Positions 36,380 to 49,864 are shown, counted from the first letter of the stretch. The stretch: 64,000 nt of DNA from Mobula birostris (GCF_030028105.1 NC_092391.1:27501223-27565222); one strand, 5' to 3'. A program made the numbers and translations. Notes: generated from the sequence alone by a model not told the origin.

Positions 36380-37105
36380 TGATTGTTGTTTCTTTCCTTC
36401 TCTCTCTCTCTCTCTCTCTTTGTCCTTCCAGTTCCTTCTTGCTTCTCAGAGTCTCTCTCATCCCAAAATCTTCTTTCTCTTTCTACCTGTTTTATACAGG
36501 ATGCCCCTTTAGAACAGAGATGAGGAGCAATCTGTTTAACCAGAGGGTGGCGAATCTGTGGAATTCATTGCCGCAGGCAGTGGAGGAGGCCAAGCCATTG
36601 GGAATATTTAAAGTGGAACTTGATAGGTTCCTGATTAGTAAAGACATTGAAGATTACGGGAGGAGGCAGAAGACTGGCGATCAGAGAGATAATCTGCCAT
36701 GCTCGAATGGCAAAGCAGACTCTATGGCGTGTTTATCTTTGTTTTCCTGTGAATTTTTCTTGATATTATTTCTTTCTCTTTCCTTCTGTCATTGTCTATT
36801 TTTCTCTCTCCTTTTCTCTTTCTCCTTCCCTCATTCCTTCTTTCTGGCCTTCTCATTTACTCTATTTCTCAATGCCCTGATTCTTTCCCTTCATTTCTCT
36901 CTCTCGAACTCCCTGTTTAATTATCTTCCTTACATTCTGTCTGCCTAACCATCTTTTTCTCTCTGTCTCTCTCCACCTCAATCTTCAACCTGCGTCTTTC
37001 TTTTTCTAATATTTCTCTCTTTATGGTTTTGTTCTTTTACCTCTCCCTTCCCTCCTGTGCCCTTGCTTTTCTCTCTGTCCTCTGTTCTTTCTCCCCTTCC
37101 TTTTA
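36380..37105 (+). repeat. Pyrimidine-rich (CT) low-complexity tract, interrupted by a CR1 3' end (~36497-36725)
   Basis: Visible CT/CTT runs; ORF 36175..36948 is Leu/Ser/Phe low complexity with an embedded CR1 peptide. Confidence 0.9.
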
Positions 37106-37179
37106 GCCCAACAGGAACAAAACCTTCTGTGGGTTTGTACCTTGTCTCTTCTGAAAATTGATGGCTGTGAGGAGGCGGC

Positions 37180-37213
<34 letters not shown>

Positions 37214-38676
37214 GAGAGAATCAGAGAAAGAGTCGGGGAAGTGACAATGTAACAGCTGCCGTGAAACCGAGCTCTGTACCGGTGCCACATGAAATCTGCA
37301 CCAAGTCGAGTTGTGGGCGTGGGAGTGGGTGATCAACAGGGGAAGTCTTCCCAGGACGTGAAGAAGCAGCTGAGTTCATGAAGAAAAATAAACGAGAACC
37401 CCAGTAGGATCAAACTTGTAATCTATGTTGAAAATCAAAAGTTTTAATTGAGTAGTCGTTCTGCAGCTGGCTATCCACAAGACCATAACGCATAAGACTG
37501 AGAAGTAGAATTAGACTATTTGACTCATTGAGTCTGCTCCGCCATTTCATCATGGCTGATTTATTATCCGTCTCAGTCCCAATCTCCTGCTTTCTCCCCG
37601 CAACCTATAAGACCACAAGGGGAATATAGACTATCGATCAGGTGGGAGGAGAGGTCAGATCCCACATTGGGCAGTCTGAGAAATTGAATTCCTTTTAAAA
37701 TTCTAAAAGCAAATTAAAAGCTTGCCTCTTTACAACCGTGAGGCTATTGGTTGACTGTACAAACCCAACCAGTGGTCTAAAACAGTGGGATCCCACTGCC
37801 TGTGCCCATTCTGAGGATGCACACAGGCCTCAAGCATTGCAAACAGAGCATACGGGTTGATGGCACAATGAATATATTGAATGGCCGACACAAGGAACAA
37901 TGAAAGGCATATACGTACAGGTTGTAAGGTATAATTTTATATATATTTGTTCTTGAAATTTAAAAATCTGTGACTCTTTTGCAAGCCCACATGGGTAAAT
38001 TTTAACTACCTTGGAACTGGAGAGAGCATTCAGTTAATGGACCAGTCAGTAACAGCCCCGGTGAAGGGCTTCAGCCGAAAATGTCAGCTGTTGACTCTTT
38101 TCCACAGGTGCTGCCTGACCTGCTGAGTTCCTCCGGCATTTTGTGTGTGTGTTGCTCTGGATTTCCAGCATCTGCAAAATCTCTTGTGTTAGTGATGGCT
38201 CAAGATGGCTCCTGCCTCCTGCACATTGCGTCCAGGGAGAGTGATAAACGCCAACTGTGTCCGCATTGCAAGCATGAATATTTAATAAAGATCTGTGTCT
38301 AACTGGCACTGTCCCACCATCTTTAAATGACCAACTCTGCTTAATAGGAGATCAGCGGAGGATAGAAGGTCACTGATCCAGTGCAGAAGACACGGCCAAG
38401 TGGTGTCCCAGACCTTAATCCTTCCTTTTCCCCTGACACATGCGGCTGCCTCCTCAGTCAGGATGCAGGAAGATTAGAGATTTGAGGTCAGGGAGTTGGG
38501 AGCATCTGTCTGTGTGTAAAATTCTGGTGATTTAAAACTCCCGCACTGAGGTTTAAATTTTAATGTGGCTGGGTTTCTCCCCAAAGGATCAGGCAAGGAA
38601 ATGTTCATTCTGCAGCTGTCAAGGCAACTCGTTTCCATGGAGATGATTTGCATTCTGTCAGATTCTCCAGATAATG

Positions 38677-38805
38677 NNNNNNNNNNNNNNNNNNNNNNNN
38701 NNNNNNNNNNNNNNNNNNNNNNNNNNNNNNNNNNNNNNNNNNNNNNNNNNNNNNNNNNNNNNNNNNNNNNNNNNNNNNNNNNNNNNNNNNNNNNNNNNNN
38801 NNNNN
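38677..38805. other. Assembly gap (129 N)
   Basis: Run of N abutting a GA-rich tract. Confidence 1.
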
Positions 38806-39245
38806 GAGGAGAGAGGAGAGATGAGGGGGAGAGAGAGAGAGGGGAGAGAGAGGAGAGGAAGGGGGAGAGGAGAGAGAGGGGGGGAGGAGAAAGAGGAGAG
38901 GAGAGAGGCAAGAGAGGGAGAGAGAGATTAGCACATAGAAAGGAAAAGAGGAAGACTGCGGGAGATTCTGGATGAGAGAGAGAAGGAGAGAGGAAGAGAG
39001 AGAGATGGGTAAACAAAAACAGTGAGGAAGGAAGAAAAAGAAACAGAGGTAAAAAAGAAACAAAGAAGGAAATAGAAAGTAAGCGACAGTGACAGAGGGA
39101 AAAGAGGAGAGAGCAAGAGGGCGGGGAATAAAGACGCAAAGACAGAGAAACAGATGAAGACAGAGGGAGACAGAAAGAGACGTAGAGACAGAGAGAGAGA
39201 CAGAGAGAGAGGGGAGGGGGGGAGAGAGAGAGAGAGAGAGGGAGA
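38806..39245 (+). repeat. Purine-rich (GA) low-complexity/microsatellite tract
   Basis: GAGA/GGAGA runs. Confidence 0.95.
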
Positions 39246-39726
39246 ATAAGCTTCCACCTTGCCCAGTAACCAGGGGATTTGGGTCAGACATCCACTTCAA
39301 ACCCAATACATTCCTTTTGAGCCTGGTGAAGTGAAGCTAAAATTACCTGCAGGCTGTGGGTGAGATAAGAGGAGCAATGGAGAAAGGCAGAGGTAGAGGA
39401 AGAGAGGTGAACAAACTCTGCAAGGAGCTATGTAATCTGTTTGATTTCACCTGAGAGAGATCTGCAATGATAATTATTCAATTTTATTTTGCCAAATTAA
39501 AATGTGGAAGATTTTACAACAGTTAATGCATTCAGATAATGAGCATCCTAAATATAAGGTCTAGTATAATAGACTTTATTTGCATGCTAAAAACCCCATT
39601 GAATACCACAATAAACATGAAACAAGAAACAAAGGGAATGATTCACTTACGCTTATAACAATCATATTGGTTGTCTCACTTTTATCTTCTGCACGCAATA
39701 AACCAAGCAGTAGATAAAGGCAACAT

Positions 39727-41320
39727 AGAGATTCTGCAGATGCTGGAAATCCAAAGCAACTCATACAAAATGCTGGAGGAGCTCAGCAGGTCAGGCAGCA
39801 TCCATGGAAATGAATAAACAGTTGACGTTTCAGACTGCGACCTTTCATCAGGCCTGGAAAGGAAGGGGGAAGATGCCAGACTAAAGAGTTGGGGGGAGGG
39901 AAAGGAGGTTCGCTGGAAGGTGATAGGTGAAGCCAGGTGGGTGGGACAGGTCAAGAGCTGGAGATGAAGGAATCTGATAGGAGGGGAGTGTGGACCGTAG
40001 GAGAAAGGGAAAGAGGAAGGGAGCCAGGTGATAGGGAAGTGAGGAGAGAAAGTGAGTGGGGAATAGAAGAAGAGGGAAGGGGAAGGGGGAAAATTATTGG
40101 AAGGAGGAATAGATGTTCATGCTATCAGGTTGGAGGCTACCTAGATGGAATAAGAGGTGTTGCTCCTCCACCCTGAGAGTGGACTCATGGCGACACAAGA
40201 GGAGGTGGTGGACCAACATGACCCAACGGGAATGGGGATAGGACTTAAAATGGTTGGCCACTGGGAAATTCCGCCTTTGGCGGGTGGAGTGGAGGTGCTC
40301 AAGAAAGCAGTCCCCCAACTAATGTCGGGTCTCACCAGCATAGAGGAGGCCACATTGGTGGCATCGGACACAGTAGATGACCCCAGCAGATTTTCAGGTG
40401 AAGTGTTGCCCCACCTGGAAGGACTGCCTGCGGCCCTGAATGGAGGTGAATGGGCAGGTGTAACACTTTGGCTGCTTGCAGACATATATGCCAGCAGGGA
40501 GATTAGTGGGCAGGGACAAATGGACAAGGGAATCAGGGAGGGAGCGATCCCTATGGAAAGCGGAGAGTGAGGGAGGGGAGGTAAAGTTGTGTTTGTTGGT
40601 AATACCCTGTTGAAGATGGCAGAAGTTGTGGAGGATGATGTGATGGATGCGGAGGCTCACGGGGTGGTAGCTGAGGACATGAGGCAGCAGGAAGACGGGC
40701 TGAAAACAGATGTCCAGGAAATGGAGGAGATGTGGGTGAAGACAGTATCAATGGTGGAAGAAGAGAAGCCCCTGTCTTTGAAGAAAGAGGATGCCACTAA
40801 TATCCTGAAAAGGAAAGCCTTATCCTGGGAACACGTACGGTGGAGACGAAGGAACTGAAAGTAGGGAATAGCATTTCTACAGGCGACATGGTAGAAAGAA
40901 GTACAGTCAAGGTAGCCATAGGAATTGGGTAGGTTTATAAAAGATGCCGGTAGACAGTTTGCCTCCAGAAATGGAGACAGAGAGATCGAGAAAGGGGAGG
41001 GAGTTGTCAGAGAGGGACCAAATGAATTGAAGGGCAGGGTGGAAGATGGAAGCAAAGTTGATGAAATTGACGAGCTCAGCATGGGTGCATTAAGCAGTGC
41101 CAATGAAGTCATCAGTTGTTGTAAAGAGTAGGGGATCGTTACCGGGAAGGCTTGGAATATGGACTGTACCATGTAACCAATGAGAAAACGGGCACAGTTA
41201 GGGTCCATGGCTACCCTTTGAGTTTGGGGAAAGTGGGAGGAGCTGAAGGAGAAATTGTTGAGGGTGAAAGACCAATTCTGCCAGTGGAGGAGGGGAACTG
41301 GTGAGGCCATTTATTAAGAA
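39727..41320 (-). mobile_element. Older Penelope-like element: RT core, thumb, GIY-YIG and 3' tail with hammerhead core
   Basis: TLNNFSFSSSHF.QTQRVAM, YLDCTSFYHVACRNAIPYFQFLRLHRTCS, GDCFLEHL..PVANHF..EEQHLLFHLGSLQP. Minus-strand CTGATGA..GAAACGTC at ~39824-39851. Confidence 0.9.
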
Positions 41321-41959
41321 AGAAGTGGAAAACTTTTAAGTCCACCTTACTGACTGGAAGTATTTTATTTTTCCTGAATGGATCCTCAATATCTCACATA
41401 ACCAAGAGTCCTCATGCTTGCCAACCTTACCCTTCACTCTGACGAGAAAACGTTGGCCTGATCTCTTCTTATCTCACTTTTGAAAGCACTCATTTGCCAA
41501 GTGTCCTAGCAACTCCAATCAACTTTGAGAGCTCCTGCCTTTGAAACTAACCTTCCCTCAATTTAGGATTTTAAGTTGAGGACCTGTCCTATCTTTTCTA
41601 TGCCTGTATTGAAACTAATAGAATTATGGTTATTGTTCCTAGTGCTCTTATACTGACACATCAACTGCTTGCTCAGCCTCATTTCCTCAAGTGTAGCCTC
41701 TCCTCTAGTATCCACCTATATGTCGCTTAAGAAAACACATTTAACTAATTCTATTCCATCTAACCCCTTAACACTATGGCGGTCCCAGTCAATATTAGGG
41801 AAGTTAAAATCACCTACTATTGAAACTCTATTAGTCCTGCAACCACCTGGGATTTTCCTACATTATGTTTTGCTCATTTCTGTTCTCTGTTGGGGGGTGC
41901 TATAGTTTAATCTCATAAGAGTGATCATCCTTTATTTAGTTCTAAGTTCTACCCATATA

Positions 41960-42802
41960 TACACAGTGGCCACTTTATTAGGCACATAAGTACACCTTGT
42001 CATAAATGCAAACATCTTATCAGCCAATCATGTGCAGCTACTCAATGCATAAAAGCATGCAGGCATGGTCAAGAGATTCAGTTGTTGCTCAGATCAAACA
42101 TCAGAATGGGGGAAGAAATGTGACCTAAGTGACTTTGACTGTGGAATGATTGTTGGTGCCAGATGGGGTGGTTTGAGTATATCAGAAACTGCTGATCTGC
42201 CAGGTTTTTCATGCACAAAAGTCTCTAGAGTTGATACAGTGTGGTGTTGGTCCTTCTGGCCCTTTGAGTCATGCCGCCATGATATCCCCTGATTTAATTC
42301 TAATCTAATCATAGGACAATTTACCATGACAAACTAACCTACCAATCAGCTTTTCTTTGGACTGTGGGAGGAAGCTGGAGAACCTGGAGGAACCCCGCAC
42401 GGTTGTGGAGAACGTGCAAACTCCTTACAGGCAGTGATGGGGATTGATACCCGGGTCGCTGTACAGTAAAGCGTTGTATCAACCATTGAGTTACCGTGCC
42501 GCCCAACAGAGAACGGAGCGGAAAACAAAAGACATCCAGTGAGCGGCAGCTCTGTGGGCGAAAACGCCTCGTCAGTGAGAGAGGTCTGAGGAGAATTGCC
42601 ATTCCGGTTCAATCTGACAGAACCGGTCTATCGCTCAAATAACCACGCGTTACAGCAGCAGTGCGCAGATGAGCATCTCTGTACGCACAACACGTCAAAC
42701 CTTGAAGCGGATGGGCTGCAGCAGCAGAAGGCCATGAACATACACTTAATGACCACTTTATTAGGTACTGGAAAATCCGTGATAAAGTAGTCACTGAGTG
42801 TG
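41960..42802 (+). mobile_element. Internally deleted Tc1 transposon with nested V-SINE
   Basis: TIRs cagtggccactttattagg and ataaagtagtcactgagtg; MGKKCDLSDFDCGMIVGARWGGLSISETADL..KTSSERQLCGRKRLV. Confidence 0.88.
42241..42504 (-). mobile_element. HE1/V-type tRNA SINE
   Basis: ctttggactgtgggaggaagctggag..ggagaacgtgcaaactcc (reverse V domain); head gggcggcacggtaactcaatggtt. Confidence 0.8.
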
Positions 42803-44367
42803 CCCAGAATCCTCTCTCCAGTATTACGGTGATGTTCTTCATAATCAAGAGTGAGTCAAGATTCACAACCAATAGCACACGTGACTTGTGGCGAGGGCTG
42901 CATACCATCGCAGACTTCAGAGCCAAACGTTGTGATGCCGCCAACATCGCGGCTTCTCTCCGAGATGAGCTCAGTCGCGTTTACGTTCGGTTCGATGTCG
43001 CTAACTCTGAGCCTCCGAGGAAAGCCACTGCTACAACGTGCAACCTGGTTGTCTCTGAGGCTGAGGTACGCAGATGTTTCCAACGAGTGGACAGTCGCAA
43101 GGCTGCGGGACCGGACGGCATCCCAGGGCGAGTACTCAGGATGTAAGCAGCACTACTGGCAGGTGTATTTACAGTCATTTTTAATCTCTCCCTCTCCCAG
43201 TGTAGAGTGCCCTCCTGCTTCAAAACATCCACCATTGTCCCTGTACCAAGGTAACATGCCTGAACGACTGGAGTCCTGTCGCACTCACCTCAGTAATAAG
43301 CAAATGCTTTGAGAGGCTGGTCAAAGATTACATTTACAGCTTGCTACCACCCAAACTGGACCCACTACAATTCGCCTAACGACATAACTGATCGACAGAC
43401 GATGCAATAGCCACTGCTCTACATGCCGTCCTTACACATCTGGAGAAGGAAGATGCTTATTTGAGAATGCTGTTTTTGGACTACAGTTCAGCATTCAACA
43501 CCATAGTTCCATCCAGGCTCGACAAGAAGCTCAGAAAACTCAGCCTTGACCCTCTCCTGTGTAGATAGAACCTGAACTTCCCGTCCGATCGCCGGCAGGT
43601 GGTAAGAGTGGGCTCACCCCTCTGACTCTCAACACAGGAGCTCCTCTGGGCCGTGTACTAAGTCCCCTCCTTTACTCCCTGTATTCCCATGACTGTATCG
43701 CCACCCACAGCTCCAATCTGCTAATTAAATTTTATGACAACTCTGCATCGATTGGCCTTATCTCAAACAATAATGAGGTGGCCTACAGGGAAGAAGTCAT
43801 CTCTCTGACACAGTGGTGTCAAGAAAACAACCTCTCCCTCAATGTTGCAAACACAAAGGAGCTGGTTGTGGATTACAGGAGGAATGGAGACGGGCTCACC
43901 CCCATTGACATCAATGGATCTGGGGTTGAGAGGGTAAACAGCTTTGAGTTCCTCAGCATCCACATCACCGAGGACCTCACGTGATCTGTACACACCAGCT
44001 GTGTGGTGAAAACGGCATAACAACGCCTCTTTCACCTCAGATGATTGAGGAAGTTTGGTATGGACCCTCAAATCTCAGGAACTTTCTACAGAGACACAAC
44101 TGAGAGCATCCTGACTGGCTGCATCACAGCCTAGTATGGGAACTGTACCTCCCATAATCGCAGGATTCTGCAGAGAGTGGTGCGGACAGCTTAGCGTATC
44201 TGTAGATGTGAACTTCCCATGACCCAGGACATTTACAAGGACAGGTGTGTAAAAAGGGCCTGTAGGATCATTGGAGACCCGAGTCACCCCAACCACAATC
44301 TGCTACCATCCAGGAAACGGTACCATAGCATAAAAGCCAGGACCAGCCTGGTGGACAGCTCGTTCCA

Positions 44368-46842
44368 ACACACACAAAATGCTGGTGAACGCAGCGGGCC
44401 AGGCAGCATCTATAGGAAGAAATACAGTCGATGTTTCGGGTTGAGACCCTTCGTGAGGACTAACTGAAAGAAGAGCTAGTAAGAGATTTGAAAGTGGGAG
44501 GGAGGGGGGAGATCCGAAATGATAGGAGAGGACAGGAGGGGGAGGGATGAAGCCAAGAGCTGGGAAGTTGATTGGCAAAAGAGATACAAGGCTGGAGAAG
44601 GGCAAGTATCATAGGACGGAAAGCCTTGGAAGAAAGAAAGGAGAGGGGAGCACCAGAGGAAGATGGTGAACAGGCAAGGAGTTATTGTGAGAGGGAAAGA
44701 CAGGAAATAAATAAATAATAAATTAGGGATGGGGTAAGAAGGGGAGGAGGGGCATTAATGGAAGTTAGAGAAGTTAATGTTCATGCCATCAGGTTGGAGG
44801 CTACCCAGACAGAATATAAGGTGTTGTTCCTCCAACCTGAGTGTGGCTTCATCTTGACAGTAGAGGAGGCCATGGATAGACATATCGGAATGGGAATGGG
44901 ATGTGGAATTAAAATGTGTGGCCACTGGGAGATCCTGCTTTCTCTGGCGGACAGAGCGTAGGTGTTCAGCAAAGCGGTCTCCCAGTCTGCGCCGTGTCTC
45001 ACCAATACATAGAAGGCCACACTGGGAGCACCAGACACAGTATATCACACAGCCGACTCACAGGTGAAGTGTCGCCTCACCTGGAAGAACTGTCTGGGGC
45101 TCTGAATGGTGATGAGGGAGGAAGTGTAAGGGCATGTGTAGCAGTTGTCCTGCCTACAAGGATAAGTGCCAGGAGGGGGATCGGTGGGAGGGGATGGGTG
45201 GGGGGTGGAACGAATGGACAAGGGAGTTGCATAGGGAGTGAGCCCTGTGGAAAGTAGAGATTTAGATTATTTTTAGATTTAAATTAGATTATGAGGACAC
45301 TCAGTCCTCGTTTATTGTCATTTAGAAATGCATGCATTAAGAAATGATACAATGTTCCTCCAGAATGATATCACAAGAAACACAGGACAAACCAAGACTA
45401 AAACTGACAAATCCACATAATTATAACATATAGTTTCAACAGTGCAAAGCAATACCATAATTTGATAAAGAGCAGACCATGGGCACGGTAAAAAAAAGTC
45501 TCAAAGTCCCGATAGACTCATCATCTCACACAGGCGGCAGAAGGGAGAAACTCTCTCTGCCATGAAACTCCAAGCGCCGCAAACTTGCCCATGCAGCACC
45601 ATTGGAAGCACCCGACCGCAGCCGACTCTGAGTCCGTCTGAAAACTTCAAGCCTCCGACCAAGCACCATCCTCTGCCGAGTGCTTCGACCCTGCCCCGGC
45701 CGCTGAGCAACAAGCAAAGCCGAGGACTCGGGGCCTTCTCCTCCAGAGATTCTGGATCACACAGTAGCAGCAGCAGTGAAACAGGCATTTCAGAAATTTC
45801 ACCAGATGCTCCTCCGTGCTCTCACGTCCGTCTCCATCAGATCAGGATTGTGCACGACACCCTACTTGACAGATAACAGATATCACCACCGGAGTGGCAC
45901 CATCTTCTCCTCTCCTCCTGGGGGTGGGGTGGGGTGGGGGAGAGAAAGATGTGCTTGGTGGTGGGATCCCATTGGAGGTGGCGGAAGTTGCAGAGAATAA
46001 TATGTTGGACCCGGAGGCTGGTGGGGTGGTAGGTGAGGACAAGAGGAACCCTATTCCTGTGGGGTGGCAGGAGGATGGGGAGACAGTCCTTCCAGGTGAG
46101 GCGACACCTCACCTGTGAGTCGGCTGGGGTGATATACTGCGTCTGGTGCTCCCAATGCAGCCTCCTATATACTGGCGAGACCTGACGCAGACTGGGAGAT
46201 CGTTTCGCTGAACACCTACACTCTGTCTGCCAGAGGAAGCAGGATCTCCCACTGGCCACACATTTTAATTCCACGTCCCATTCCAATTCCAATATGTCAG
46301 TCCACAGCCTCCTCTGCTGCCGAGATGAAGCCACACTCAGGTTGGAGGAACAACACCTTATATTCCGTCTGGGTAGCCTCCAACCTGATGGCATGAACAT
46401 TGATTTCGCGAACTTCCGTTAATGCCCCTCCTCCCTTTCTTACCCCATCCTTTATTTATTTATTTATCTATCTATCTATCCTCTCTTTCCCTCTCACAAT
46501 AACTCCTTGCCTGTTCTTCATCTTCCTCTGGTGCTCTCCTCCTTTCTTTCTCCCAAGGCCTTCCATCCCGTGGTACTCCCCCTCCCCCAGCCTTTTGCCA
46601 ATCAACTTCCCAGCTCTTGGCTTCATCCCTCCCCGTCCTGACTTCTCCTATCATTTCGGGTCTCCTCTTCCCCCTCCCACTTTCAAATCTATTACTATCT
46701 CTTTTTTCTGTTAGTCCTGACGAAGGGTCTCGACCCAAAACATCGGCTGTACTTCTTCCTATAGATGCTGCCTGGCCTGCTGCATTCACCAGCATTTTGT
46801 GTGTGTTGCTTGAATTTCCAGCATCTGCAGATTTTCTCGTGT
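44368..46842. mobile_element. Inverted (head-to-head) PLE insertion with ~16-bp TSD and nested retroposon
   Basis: GIY-YIG on minus (44755..45048) and plus (~46085-46420) strands. TSD TGGACAGCTcgTTCCA (44352-67) / TGGACAGCTtcTTCCA (46843-58). Confidence 0.92.
45258..45916 (-). mobile_element. ~650-bp AAGATGG-headed non-autonomous retroposon (second copy)
   Basis: Reverse-complement homology to 23372-24024, including the head (catcttctcc 45901-10) and the (AGATT)n tail. Confidence 0.8.
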
Positions 46843-48091
46843 TGGACAGCTTCTTCCACCAGGTAATCTGGTTAACTCACACTGATTTGAGTATATTCTC
46901 TGTTACTTTGACATGTTCTATTTATTATAAATTATAAATTACTATGATTGCATATTGCACATTTAGACGGAGATATAACATAAATATTTTTACTCCTCAT
47001 GTTTGTGAGGGATGTAAGCAATAAATTCATTTCAATTCAATTCAGTAGTGCAAATTCCTGTCCTTTCTCCCCCTCTAGCTCTGCCATGCTGGAACATTGA
47101 ACTGCCATTCTTGCCCATAATAGTTATTATATTGCAATCCCCTGTGCCTATCCATGCTCAAACTCTGAATTCAGAAGGGAATATGAAAATATGAAACCTT
47201 ATCTTACCCTCGGTCAATTAATTCCTTCTTAATCCATGCTCATGGGAGTGTAAGATTAGTCAATGCCACTTTTAACCCTTTAGTTTAATCCTTTTAGGCT
47301 TGATAACATTCGGCTTAAAGTCATAAAATTCACAAAGCACTAAAGAAAATCTCTAAGTACTTCACGACAATTGAGAGTGAATTTCAAAGTAATCTCCAGT
47401 TGCTCAGGAGGCATCTCAACAATTAATTGTGAAGTGTGAGTGTGTTTGATAAGCTTTCAGCACTTAAAGGTTAATGAGCCGGTTTAAGTAATTGAAAATC
47501 AAATGTCCAAAATACATAGCTCCTCAAACTGGAAACCTCCTCGATTTTCAGGAGTGAAACTGGGCAAAGAGCCAGAGCCGAGGGTCTGCTGGGCAGAAGT
47601 TAGGAGCAGAGCCTCTGGGTGTAAGAAGCCGTTTCATCTCCCTTGTATGTTGTCACAGTCCATCAGCTCGTTTGTGGACAACGGCTCAGTTTTACTGCTT
47701 GAGTAAAGGTAAGGCCCTTTCTGTGAGCAATTACACAGTCTCAAGGTCCCAGCAGCCATCAGAACTGAAATCATATTTCAAAAGCAATGCTATGAAGCAA
47801 GCTTATTAACTTGTCACACTGATTTTTCTGGAGGTTGAGGTGATGGAATCTTTCATCCCTTCCTATCCAACGTCATAGTCAATTGGTCTCAGGCTGGTTT
47901 TAGAGAAAAAGATTAAAGATTAGCTTTATTTGTTGCATGTACGTTGAAACAGACAGCAAAGTGCGTCACTTGTGTCAACGACTGTCACGTTGCGTTTAGT
48001 GCCAACGCACTATGCCCCCAACTTACCAACCCTAACCCGGACATCTTTTCTTGTGTCCTGTGTTGTCTGGCTGAATATTGTGTGTGTGCTG

Positions 48092-48188
48092 TGCAACACA
48101 CACACAAAATGCTGGTGAAGGCAGCAGGCCAGGCAGCATCTCTAGGAAGAGGTACAGTTGACGTTTCGGGTCGAGACCCTTCGTCAGT
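48092..48188 (-). mobile_element. PLE 3'-tail fragment ending at the hammerhead core
   Basis: Minus strand CTGACGA-A-GGGTCTCGACCC-GAAACGTC-AACTG; stem II GGGT/ACCC is intact. Confidence 0.8.
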
Positions 48189-48763
48189 TTCCACGTGTTT
48201 GTGTATGTGCTGTGTTGGTGCCAGAAAGTGAGGCGACTCTTGCAGGCTGCCCCCAGCAGATCCTTAGGTGATGTTGGTCGTTAAGGCAAATGGCGCATTT
48301 TGCTTTCTGTTTTGATGTACCGTACAGTGCAAGCACCTTGGGCATGCACATGTGACTGGGGTGCCTCAGACCTCTTCACCGATCTGTATTTGTCAACATG
48401 GTGTGGAGAGCAAGCTGGTAACTCTGGCAGGAACAAAGGATGTTGGGAATGGTGAAGGGGGGGTAGCGCCACGGGAGGGGCGTGGCACAGGTGGCAGAGA
48501 AGGAGTGCCAGGGGTGCAGCCACACCCAGCTCTAAGACACCAGGCAAGGTTATTTGATTCTAAACAATTGGTTTATTGATCAATACAGAATGTCTCTCTG
48601 GTGCCTCCCCTCTCCCTTCCCCTTTTCCCAACCATGATTCCCCTCTCCCTGCCCCCCTTCCCACTCTCAGTCCACGATAGAATCAGGTTTTTCGTCACTC
48701 ACATATGTCAGGAAATTTGTTTTGTTTTGTGGCTGCAGTACAGTACAATATGTAAAATTACTA

Positions 48764-48862
48764 CAGTATTGTGCAAAACTCTAAGGACCCCAAGCTTGCT
48801 TTCTCTCTCTCTCTCTTTATATATGTGTGTGTGTGTGTGTCTAAGATTTTTGCACAGTACTG
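48764..48862. mobile_element. 99-bp Tc1/mariner-type MITE with microsatellite core
   Basis: TIRs CAGTATTGTGCAAAA / TTTTGCACAGTACTG, TA on the left flank; the centre is (CT)n(TA)n(TG)n. Confidence 0.7.
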
Positions 48863-49864
48863 CAAGTGTGGTAAATAAATGAATCTGGGTTCCTCCAGAA
48901 TCTTGTTTTTTGCTCTAAATTCCAGCGTCTGTAGTCTCTTGTAGTCCCATTTATCCTGATCTTCTGTACCAGCACTTGGTCGATAGCCTTATTGTGACTC
49001 AAGTGCTTGTAGAGAGACGCTTTCTGAAATACGAGAGGACCTGCCTTCAAACAATGCATCCCAGATTTCGAACCCCACCCTGGGCGAAAGAATTTTTCCT
49101 CGGATTCTCTGCGATCCTCTTTCTCCACATCTCTAATTTTAAACGTCTCGGTGTTGGGGAAAGGTTTCACACTCTCCCCCCATCTAGTTCCTTCATAATT
49201 CTGTTCACCTCTGTCACGTCACTTGTGGCATTCAAAAACCTAATTTATCGGAGGCTCTATGTAGACTTAATACAGACACTACAAACACTGCAGGGAGCAT
49301 CTGGCATGAGAAATGTGGCAGGTGCAAGCCATTTATCTTTGCCATTTAGAAATGGACGACTCTGAACTTATCCCACTCAATCTCCATATTCTATGGCTTT
49401 CTTAAAGATCAAAATGAGAACGATCTAATACTGGAGAACTCCCAGTGTCCAAGCATCTGGGGCCTTCCAGAGAAGGGAATTCCAAAGGTGAGCAAACTGA
49501 GGTCTGAACTGGAAGCTGATATGAGAGTTGTATTTATGAGACCTTTAGATAGGCACATGAATATGCAGAGAATGGAGAGCTCACGTATGGGCAATAGAGA
49601 TTTAGTTTAATTGGGTATCAGGTCCAGCATAGACATTGTGGGCTGAAGGGCCTTTTCCTGTGCTGTACTGTCCCTTGTTCTGTGTTCAGAAGTATTTCCA
49701 CTCATCTGTTTCAAGCAGAGGTCAGATTTCTAAATTTTTAAATTCCTCTAGTTTAGCACTTTACAAGCAGGGTAAACGTCCCCTCAGCAACCGCTCAGAA
49801 TTCCTCCCTGAATTTTTATACATTTTGATTAGATTATAATACCCTTTGTTATACATAATACGAG

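Larger units (their letters stand above)
42845..47045 (+). mobile_element. Rex1/Babar LINE (RT domain), split by an inverted PLE at 44368-46842
   Basis: [55 protein letters not shown]; resumes at 46843 (DSFFHQ); tail aataaattcatttcaattcaattc. Confidence 0.92.

Noticed and set aside
36175-39306. Hydrophobic 'membrane protein-like' ORFs (36175..36948, 38474..39139, 38605..39306)
   Set aside because: Products of CT/GA low-complexity tracts, an embedded CR1 piece and an N gap.
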